A stretch of DNA of 64,000 nt from Minisyncoccota bacterium (GTDB lineage: Bacteria; Patescibacteriota; Minisyncoccia; Phycocordibacterales; CAIZLB01), in NCBI GenBank assembly GCA_018062305.1, contig JAGOSK010000001.1, positions 19,005-83,004 on the forward strand, in the 5' to 3' direction. Under the pieces are notes generated by a model. The model made no database searches. It saw only the letters and a program-made list of their open reading frames with translations, and had not been told where the DNA came from. Below, piece by piece: positions 57,260 to 64,000 of this stretch (its first letter is position 1; each line of letters begins with the position of its first letter). Made by a program: the position numbers and the translations under genes.

Positions 57260-58528
57260 TTGTTAAAATATGCTAGATTATTTGAGATGAAAAATATTTT
57301 CTCAGGTAGTCAAAAACCTCTTATTTTAGAAGAATCTAAGAAAGAAGAATTGTATAGGGGTGTTCAAGAATTTTTACCCTCAAAAGATTTTCTATTTAAA
57401 CAATTAAGTGAAGGAAAAAGACTCAGGGTATATACTGGTATTGATCCAACAGGACCCACTCTACATCTCGGTCATATGATCGTCTTAAAGAAATTGAAGG
57501 AGTTTCAGGAAATGGGACACGAGGTTATATTGCTAATGGGTGATTTTACAGCGATGATAGGTGACCCAACAGACAAAATGGCAGTACGAAAAGTACTCAC
57601 AGAAAAAGAAATTAAAAATAATCTCAAATTATATAAAAAACAAGCTGAATTTTTTTTAAAGTTTAATGGTAAGAATCCTGCAAAATTTTTATATAACTCT
57701 AGTTGGCTAAAAAAATTAAATCTAAAAGATATTCTCGATATAACTTCGCTCATGACAGTTGATCAGATGTTGAAGAGAGATATGTTTTCTCGACGTATCG
57801 ATGAAAACAAACCTATTTATATGCATGAATTTATGTACCCCTTACTACAAGGGTATGACAGTGTTGCTATGGATGTTGATATTGAAATTGGTGGTAACGA
57901 TCAGATGTTTAACATGATGGTAGGTAGAGATTTCCAAAAAAAGTTGAAAAATAAGGAAAAAACATGCATCACAATGAAACTGTTAGCTGATACTTCTGGT
58001 AAAAAAATGGGCAAAACAGAGGGGAATATGGTTTCTCTACTTGATTCAAATATAGATATGTTTGGAAAAATAATGAGTTGGACTGATGATATGATTTTAA
58101 ATGGTTTTGAATTGTGTACAAATATTAGTGAATTAAGATTATTAGAAATAAAAAAACAGTTTAATGAGGGATTAGTAAATGTTAATCCGCGAGATTTTAA
58201 ATTAATGCTTGCAAAAGAAATCGTAAAGATATATCACGGTGAAGAAAAGGCTCAACTCGCTGAAGAAAACTTTATAAATACTTTTTCAAAAGGGGAGATA
58301 CCAGAAAATATCCAGGAAATTGGTGTGCCTGCTGGAACTCCACTCGGTCTCATTCTCCAAAATGAAAAAATGGTTGCATCTGCAGGAGAGTTTAAGAGAC
58401 TTGTAAAAGAAGGGGCAGTCAATACAACTGAAGGTGAGGAGATAACAGATTTTAATTATGTTGTTTCAAAACCTATTATTGTAAAAGTTGGTAAGCGACG
58501 ATTTTTGGATATTAAGGTTATTGGTTAA
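57260..58528 (+). CDS. tyrS: Tyrosyl-tRNA synthetase
   Basis: HIGH-type motif TLHLGHM, KMSKS-type KMGKT, and a C-terminal S4-like domain. Confidence 0.9.
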   Translation: MLKYARLFEMKNIFSGSQKPLILEESKKEELYRGVQEFLPSKDFLFKQLSEGKRLRVYTGIDPTGPTLHLGHMIVLKKLKEFQEMGHEVILLMGDFTAMIGDPTDKMAVRKVLTEKEIKNNLKLYKKQAEFFLKFNGKNPAKFLYNSSWLKKLNLKDILDITSLMTVDQMLKRDMFSRRIDENKPIYMHEFMYPLLQGYDSVAMDVDIEIGGNDQMFNMMVGRDFQKKLKNKEKTCITMKLLADTSGKKMGKTEGNMVSLLDSNIDMFGKIMSWTDDMILNGFELCTNISELRLLEIKKQFNEGLVNVNPRDFKLMLAKEIVKIYHGEEKAQLAEENFINTFSKGEIPENIQEIGVPAGTPLGLILQNEKMVASAGEFKRLVKEGAVNTTEGEEITDFNYVVSKPIIVKVGKRRFLDIKVIG

Positions 58529-58587
58529 ATTAAAATATTGTGCCCTTTTGTGGTGGTGTGTATTCTCTGGGTAAATAAACATATAAA

Positions 58588-58636
58588 ATAAAATCAGTGT
58601 GTATGGATGTAATCCCGGATACACACTGATTTTATT
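58588..58636. terminator. Bidirectional terminator
   Basis: AAAATCAGTGTGTAT-14nt-ATACACACTGATTTT, 15-bp perfect arms with flanking A and T runs. Confidence 0.7.
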
Positions 58637-58651
58637 TTATATGTTTATATC

Positions 58652-58969
58652 TTAGTAGGAATTAGAATCACCATCGTAACTATCCTCCTCATCTTCTTCG
58701 TCATCATCTTCACCTGGAACACCGCCGTCACCATAAATATCTATACCATGTGGATCTTCTGCTTCCACAGGAGTATCAAACGCTGAATGTGGGTCTGCTT
58801 CAAGATCATCCTCTTCATCTACTGCTGGAGCTGCGGTAGTGGGTGCAAAGTCAGGCTCTTCACTCCCTGCTTCGAGGTCAATTTCTGGGTTTTCAATATC
58901 AATTTCTTTTTCATCACCAATATCACCTTTGTTTTTTGTTTTAATTTTATCGTCTTTAGCGTCTGACAT
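58652..58969 (-). CDS. Highly acidic, predicted disordered small protein
   Basis: 105-aa ORF with over 40% Asp/Glu. A terminator lies downstream. Confidence 0.4.
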   Translation of the reverse strand: MSDAKDDKIKTKNKGDIGDEKEIDIENPEIDLEAGSEEPDFAPTTAAPAVDEEDDLEADPHSAFDTPVEAEDPHGIDIYGDGGVPGEDDDEEDEEDSYDGDSNSY

Positions 58970-59080
58970 ATGTTGTGTATATTCAATTAATAACTTAACG
59001 TATCTATGGACATATATGTAACATACATAAAAAAATATGCAACCTCTCTCAAAAACGGTGGGTGTTGATAAGTTGTTAAA

Positions 59081-59557
59081 TTATACAAACCTAGAGTATG
59101 CAAAATAAGCAAGTCCTACTGCAACAGCATCATACTCATCATCCAAAGCTTTCGCCTTTACATTTTTTACCAAAAGTTTAACCATTTTAATAACCTGATC
59201 TTTGGAACTTTTTCCGTCTCCAGTAACCGATAGTTTTACTTGTAATGGTGTAAATTCCTTAATTGAAAGTTTGTTTTTTCTACAAATATATATAAGCATT
59301 CCTCGAACTTCCGCGACTCGCATAGCTGTCTTTTGATTGTTTGAAATAAAAAGATTCTCAATAGAAAGGGCCTCGGGTTTATATTCATCAATCAAATTCT
59401 CAACCTGTATACCAATAGTTGTGAGTCTGTCTTCAAAAAGTTCTTTTGCATCAGTTTTGAAACAATCAGAAAAAATCAGAGTTTCTTTTTGACCCTTTTC
59501 CTTATCTAGTATTGCTACACCAAGTCTTTCATATCCAGGATCGATTGCTAAAATTCT
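59081..59557 (-). CDS. ruvC: Holliday junction resolvase RuvC
   Basis: MRILAIDPGYERLGVAIL, with catalytic Asp/Glu residues and the DAVAVGLAY motif. The start is taken at the internal Met and overlaps the ruvB stop. Confidence 0.85.
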   Translation of the reverse strand, partial: RILAIDPGYERLGVAILDKEKGQKETLIFSDCFKTDAKELFEDRLTTIGIQVENLIDEYKPEALSIENLFISNNQKTAMRVAEVRGMLIYICRKNKLSIKEFTPLQVKLSVTGDGKSSKDQVIKMVKLLVKNVKAKALDDEYDAVAVGLAYFAYSRFV

Positions 59558-59564
59558 CATAAGA

Positions 59565-60599
59565 TTAGTTAAACAACATCTTTTTCTCATCAGGGTATTG
59601 GAGTTCGAGATGTTTGTATCCGAGTTCTGTAACTGTTCTACCTCTAGGTGTTCGCTCTATAAACCCAAGTTGTATGAGGTATGGTTCATTAAACTCTTCG
59701 ATGGTTGCCTGGTCTTCAGATAATGAGGCTGCTATGGTGTTTAGACCAACGGGTCCACCGTTGTATTTATTTATAATAGTCTCGAGAATGGTTCTATCAG
59801 AATGAGTTAATCCTTTTTGATCAATACCTATTAAAACCAAAGCTTCGTCCACAACTTTTTTTGAAAGAATCATATTTTTTACTTGTGCAAAATCACGACA
59901 CCGTTTGAGAAGGTAGTTGGCTGTTCTCGGAGTACTTCTACTCCGGACAGCTATTTCCTGTATTGCTGAATCTTCAGTTTCAATTGATAAAATTTTTGCA
60001 GATCTTTGAACTATTTTTTCTATTTCTTGATGAGTGTAAAATTCGAGTCGGAACACACCACCTGAAAATCTAGAGCGAAGAGGTGAGGAAACCATAGCTA
60101 TACGGGTCGTGGCGGCTATAAGGGTGAATGGAGGTAAATCCAATTGAATACTACGAGCAGAAGGTCCTTTGCCTATAATAATATCTATTTGGCCTGACTC
60201 CATCGCAGGATATAAAACCTCTTCTACAGTTTTGTTCAGTCGGTGAATTTCATCTATAAACAAAATATCTCCTGGCGAAAGGTTTGTAAGTACCGATGCG
60301 AGGTCTCCTACACGCTCTATGGCGGGCCCTGAGGTTATTTTCATCTGTACACCTATCTCTTTAGCGATAAGGTGGGCAAGGGTGGTTTTACCGAGTCCTG
60401 GAGGTCCATAAAAAAGAAGGTGTTCTGGTGGGTGATTTCGCTGTTTTGCTGCCTCGAGTAGGATTTTGAGGTTATCTTTGATATTTTGTTGTCCAATATA
60501 ATCATCAAAACGGCTAGGTCGCAGAGTTTGGTCTAAAACACCATCTTCAATAGTCATTGGTTCTTCTATTTGTGAGTTTTCGATAGGGTGGTCTGTCAT
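59565..60599 (-). CDS. ruvB: Holliday junction branch-migration helicase RuvB
   Basis: Walker A GPPGLGKTTLA, Walker B LFIDEIHRL, sensor motifs. Confidence 0.9.
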   Translation of the reverse strand: MTDHPIENSQIEEPMTIEDGVLDQTLRPSRFDDYIGQQNIKDNLKILLEAAKQRNHPPEHLLFYGPPGLGKTTLAHLIAKEIGVQMKITSGPAIERVGDLASVLTNLSPGDILFIDEIHRLNKTVEEVLYPAMESGQIDIIIGKGPSARSIQLDLPPFTLIAATTRIAMVSSPLRSRFSGGVFRLEFYTHQEIEKIVQRSAKILSIETEDSAIQEIAVRSRSTPRTANYLLKRCRDFAQVKNMILSKKVVDEALVLIGIDQKGLTHSDRTILETIINKYNGGPVGLNTIAASLSEDQATIEEFNEPYLIQLGFIERTPRGRTVTELGYKHLELQYPDEKKMLFN

Positions 60600-60622
60600 A
60601 AAAGTGAGTCATGCCGAAAAGC

Positions 60623-60650
60623 TTGACAAGGAATTAAAGTATGCTATGAT
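60623..60650 (+). promoter_or_regulatory. Sigma70-like promoter TTGACA-16-TATGAT
   Basis: The -35 hexamer is a perfect consensus and the -10 is 5/6 consensus. It would drive the candidate ncRNA. Confidence 0.45.
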
Positions 60651-60656
60651 GTTTGC

Positions 60657-60897
60657 AGAGTCGCTGACCTTAAAAAGGTCGCGATTATCTCTTTTAAAAG
60701 AGAGATAAACAAGGGAATAAACAGCTTCTTAAATCTCTAAGCAATAGAAACCTCGTAGTTTCAATCGGTTTTTCTTAAAGGACGGTCTGGTGCAAGTCTT
60801 CGCGGGCGAGTTCCTGGACCTATCCTCAAAGGACTATCGGGCTTCTGATCTCCGGATTGAAAGCATTGCTTAGAGATTTAAACAGCTGTTTTTTTAT
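60657..60897 (+). ncRNA. Candidate structured small RNA of about 240 nt; family not identified
   Basis: Nested perfect stems TTAAATCTCTAAGCAAT/ATTGCTTAGAGATTTAA (17 bp), TTTCAATCGG/CCGGATTGAAA and TATCTCTTTT/AAAAGAGAGATA. It ends in CAGCTG-TTTTTTT. No ORF. Confidence 0.4.
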
Positions 60898-60986
60898 TAC
60901 CTATTTTTACCAATAATCTGGTATACAGGTGGACGAAAGAACTTCCTAATAAGAGTATATTTATCAGCTATAAAGTCAATCTAGTT

Positions 60987-62795
60987 TTACACTGATTTTG
61001 TGTCAAAAGTTTCACTTGAAAAAGTGTCGGTTGTGTCTAAGGGAATGTCTGTGTTGGATGTTATTTCAGGTTGAATATTAGAATTTATTTCAGGCTTAAT
61101 AGCTATGAGCTCCTCTGCCATATCTACCACTCTTTCAAGTTCGTCAAAAGATGTTACACCTTTGAGTATTTTTATAAGACCATCTTGTTTCATGTTGAGA
61201 ATTTTCTGAGGAAGAGCTGCTGTTTTGATTTCTCGTTCAGATGGGTTTTCTCGAACGATGTTTTCAATATTTTTATCCGCAAGGATAGCTTCATATACAC
61301 CGATTCGTCCTTTGTATCCTGTCTTGTTACAAAGATCACACCCAACAGCTTCATATACTTCATTTGGAATGGTAGGGAATTCTGCCATTTCCTCATATCC
61401 AACAATAGAGGCAAAGAGCTCGTCGATATATGGTTGTTTTTCTTTTGAAATAGGTACTTTCTTTTTACATTCTTTACAAAGAGTACGAATAAGTCGCTGT
61501 GCCATAGCTACTCGAATAGATGAGGTGAGTACTTTTGGATCGACACCAAGGTCTACAAGACGAGTGAATGTACCTGCGGCGTTGTTGGTGTGCAGTGTTG
61601 AGAATACAAGGTGACCAGTAAGGGCCGCTTGAATAGCAGTGGTAGCAGTTTCTCCGTCTCGAATTTCTCCAACCATAATAATGTCAGGGTCTTGTCGAAG
61701 AGCTGCTCGAAGTCCTGATTCAAATGTATAGCCCTTCTTTTCTTCTACTTGTGTTTGAACTACTCCCTCAAGGTGGTATTCAATAGGATCTTCGATTGTG
61801 ATAATCTTCATTTCAGGACTCTGAGTTTTTCGAAGAAACGAATAGAGGGTTGTTGTTTTACCAGAACCAGTTGGACCTGTTGTGAGAATGAGTCCGTTTG
61901 GTCGAGCGATTTCAGTCATGAGAATCTTGAGAAGGCGAGGTGGAAAGCCGAGATCTTCGATAGGAACAGAAATGCTTTTTGGATTCAAAATACGCATTAC
62001 AACCGCTTCTCCATATGAGCCAGGTACTGTTGAAGTACGAATTTCAATGTCGTTCATATAAATTTTTACAGTAAAACGTCCGTCCTGGGCAGATTCTTTT
62101 AGGTTGAGTTTTAGACCAGAGAGAAGCTTAAGTCGAGAAAGCATAAGTCTGAATGTTTCAATATCAAATTTTACAACCTCAACAAGTACACCATCGAGTC
62201 GATATCGAAGTCGTGCGTATTCTGCTTCAGGCTCAATGTGAATATCGGAAGACTTTGTCGCAAGTCCTCCGGCCATGATAATAGCCATCAATCGAGAAAC
62301 TTTATGACTCTTTTTAATAGTAAGAGCTTCGTTTATAAGAACTGAAATATCAGGGAGCTTTTTTGCTTTATCAATAAGGGTTTCAATTTCTTCATTTGAA
62401 ATATCAAGGGACCCTGCTTCTGTTTCAAAGGCGAAAGAAAGATCTTTGTATCGATCCCATGCTTTCTCAATACTGTGCATTGAAGCCATATATATAATTG
62501 TTTCATAGCCTTTTGCTTGAAGAGCTCGAATTGATGCAATAGTATTTTGATCTTGAGGAGAGTGTATAGCAATAGAAATCCTCTTTCCTAGAATATCAAA
62601 CACTGCAACTTTGTTTTGTCTCGCTTCAGCTTCGACAATCAGTCGAAGTCCATCAGTATTAATAGGCACCCGAGTGAGGTCAATATATGAAAGACCATAT
62701 TTTTCAGAAAGCATTTGCACAGCTTTTTCCTCTTCGTCGCTGAGAAGAGTTTTTATTCGCTGATTTTGTTTGTCTTCGTCAAAGTGTATGGTCAT
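60987..62795 (-). CDS. Second GspE/PilB-family secretion/pilus ATPase with a tetracysteine motif
   Basis: Walker A TGPTGSGKTTTLY, Walker B DPDIIMVGEIRD, His box, and CKEC...CDLC. Confidence 0.85.
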   Translation of the reverse strand: MTIHFDEDKQNQRIKTLLSDEEEKAVQMLSEKYGLSYIDLTRVPINTDGLRLIVEAEARQNKVAVFDILGKRISIAIHSPQDQNTIASIRALQAKGYETIIYMASMHSIEKAWDRYKDLSFAFETEAGSLDISNEEIETLIDKAKKLPDISVLINEALTIKKSHKVSRLMAIIMAGGLATKSSDIHIEPEAEYARLRYRLDGVLVEVVKFDIETFRLMLSRLKLLSGLKLNLKESAQDGRFTVKIYMNDIEIRTSTVPGSYGEAVVMRILNPKSISVPIEDLGFPPRLLKILMTEIARPNGLILTTGPTGSGKTTTLYSFLRKTQSPEMKIITIEDPIEYHLEGVVQTQVEEKKGYTFESGLRAALRQDPDIIMVGEIRDGETATTAIQAALTGHLVFSTLHTNNAAGTFTRLVDLGVDPKVLTSSIRVAMAQRLIRTLCKECKKKVPISKEKQPYIDELFASIVGYEEMAEFPTIPNEVYEAVGCDLCNKTGYKGRIGVYEAILADKNIENIVRENPSEREIKTAALPQKILNMKQDGLIKILKGVTSFDELERVVDMAEELIAIKPEINSNIQPEITSNTDIPLDTTDTFSSETFDTKSV

Positions 62796-62935
62796 AAGGT
62801 GTAGGTATTTTCTACGAGTATTTATGTAAATGCGCGCGTTAATACTATTTTATACTTTTTTTTAATCTATTGCACGAGGTGTTGGAATATTGTGTTTAAT
62901 ATTGTATAAAAATTAAAGTTAAATTGTTTTTGTGT

Positions 62936-62979
62936 CTCTATCAACTATCTAAGGTATATACTTTAGATAGTTGATAGAG
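62936..62979. promoter_or_regulatory. 44-bp near-perfect palindrome in a divergent promoter region; candidate operator
   Basis: CTCTATCAACTATCTAAGGTATATACTTTAGATAGTTGATAGAG, with 19-bp arms and one G-T position. Confidence 0.45.
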
Positions 62980-63025
62980 TAAGAGGGTTGCGAGGATCTC
63001 TCTGTTTATATATAGTTCAGGTATT

Positions 63026-63514
63026 GTGAACGAATCTAAGAATATTTTCAAAGAAGGTGTGACTGTAAAAAACCTAGACGAGTTGGGTGTTTTTGCTGGG
63101 ATTTTTCTAAAAAAACTAGAAGATTTGGTACTGAGTGCGGATGATTCGTCTAGGTCTAAGTTGGTAGGTCTTTCAGGAGATCTGGGTGCGGGTAAGACTA
63201 CTTTTTCAAAGGCTGTGGCTAAGGAACTTGGTATACAAGAAGTTGTGACCAGCCCTACTTTTGGTATTCAAAAGCAATACAAGGTTTTAAGTCCTAAATA
63301 TTCTGAAATTTTCAATGAATTTGTGCACATAGACGCATATAGAATAGAAGATATTAAAGAGACAGAGAGTCTGCGTTTTTCTGAATTATTCCAAAAACCC
63401 AACACCCTTATCTTCATAGAATGGCCAGAGAAAATAGCTGAAATATTGCCAAAGGATACTATTGTGTTGTCTTTTGAATCTATTGATGAGAACACAAGAA
63501 AAATATCGTATTAG
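63026..63514 (+). CDS. tsaE: tRNA threonylcarbamoyladenosine biosynthesis ATPase TsaE
   Basis: P-loop GDLGAGKTTFSKAV and the conserved SPTF motif. Confidence 0.8.
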   Translation: MNESKNIFKEGVTVKNLDELGVFAGIFLKKLEDLVLSADDSSRSKLVGLSGDLGAGKTTFSKAVAKELGIQEVVTSPTFGIQKQYKVLSPKYSEIFNEFVHIDAYRIEDIKETESLRFSELFQKPNTLIFIEWPEKIAEILPKDTIVLSFESIDENTRKISY

Positions 63515-63532
63515 GGTGTAATATAGTGGTGT

Positions 63533-64000
63533 ATGAGGGAATCTAAAGAAACACCTAAAACAGACCCTGTGAATAAGTCTGTGGATAAACTGGGTAAAAA
63601 AGGAGACAAGGGTGATATCAAGAAAGGGGACAAAAAAACCCTTGTTTTACTTGATTCCCACGCTATTATTCACCGCGCATATCACGCTCTACCTGACTTT
63701 GCTTCTAGTACGGGTGCCCCAACGGGAGCTTTGTATGGGCTTTCAACTATGTTGATGGGAATTTTAGAAAAATTTAAGCCAAATTATATAGTTGCATGTT
63801 ATGACCTACCTCAGCCTACCTATCGGCACGAAGCATATAAGGACTATAAAGGTGGCAGAAAAAAGACTGATGATGCTCTTGTTGAACAATTGAAATCTTC
63901 ACGAAAGATATTTGAAGCTTTTAATATTCCAATGGTTGATAGGGTTGGCTTTGAAGCTGACGACATGCTTGGAACTATTGTCCATGAGGTCTTGGATAGA
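63533..64000 (+). CDS. polA: DNA polymerase I, 5'-3' exonuclease domain; N-terminal part, runs off the window
   Basis: Manual translation gives ...KKTLVLLDSHAIIHRAYHALPDF...GAPTGALYGL...EADDMLGT, the FEN-like 5'-nuclease motifs. The start may be a downstream in-frame GTG. Confidence 0.7.
   Translation, partial: MRESKETPKTDPVNKSVDKLGKKGDKGDIKKGDKKTLVLLDSHAIIHRAYHALPDFASSTGAPTGALYGLSTMLMGILEKFKPNYIVACYDLPQPTYRHEAYKDYKGGRKKTDDALVEQLKSSRKIFEAFNIPMVDRVGFEADDMLGTIVHEVLDR

Noticed and set aside
60657-60897. RNase P RNA, SRP RNA, tmRNA or 6S identity for the structured intergenic RNA
   Set aside because: It is too short for RNase P or tmRNA. It lacks the P4 conserved strands of RNase P, the SRP domain IV GGAA/AGCAGCC motifs and a tRNA-like end. 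The multi-stem shape is unlike the single long 6S hairpin. It is left as an unclassified candidate.

Overview
The window is a low-GC (~38%) bacterial chromosome segment that includes the replication origin. Small genes with lysine-rich insertions, tRNA genes without an encoded CCA end, a trigger factor that seems to lack its PPIase domain, and several type IV pilus and type IV secretion genes point to a Patescibacteria/CPR-like genome. That assignment is inference. The main blocks are as follows.

(1) A minus-strand type IV pilus operon runs pilB-pilC, three prepilin-like pseudopilin genes and a 585-aa anchored surface protein, then continues into tpiA and pgk (partial at the window edge).

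(2) A housekeeping block holds nusA, tig, rsmE, clpP, rny and hup, with clear intrinsic terminators.

(3) Two GC-rich islets of about 50% GC carry small unknown genes.

(4) A tRNA cluster on the minus strand holds Gly-UCC, Pro-UGG, Gly-GCC and Arg-UCG. Each tRNA-Gly sits next to one copy of a conserved, structured element of about 155 nt. Each copy is followed by an intrinsic terminator on the plus strand.

(5) cca, xth, a Xer-type recombinase, rpsO, a NYN-domain gene, a DksA-like gene, comM, an M23/LysM peptidase gene, uvrD and rsmA follow.

(6) A cluster of about 15 kb (35.3-50.2 kb) of membrane and secreted proteins resembles a type IV secretion system. It has a VirB4-like ATPase, a polytopic VirB6-like protein and a small two-helix VirB3-like protein. 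Two adjacent genes share a perfectly identical 383-bp cassette that encodes a VirB2/pilin-like double-helix segment. One of those genes also carries a C-terminal CHAP/NlpC-P60-like hydrolase domain.

(7) The origin region reads rpmH-rnpA-yidC (minus), then dnaA and dnaN (plus), with DnaA boxes and AT-rich tandem repeats between them.

(8) PBP1A, tyrS, ruvB-ruvC and a promoter/terminator-bounded candidate structured ncRNA of about 240 nt follow. Then come a second PilB/GspE-like ATPase, tsaE and the start of polA. Perfect DnaA boxes lie in the polA 5' region.

No CRISPR array, IS element or prophage was seen.
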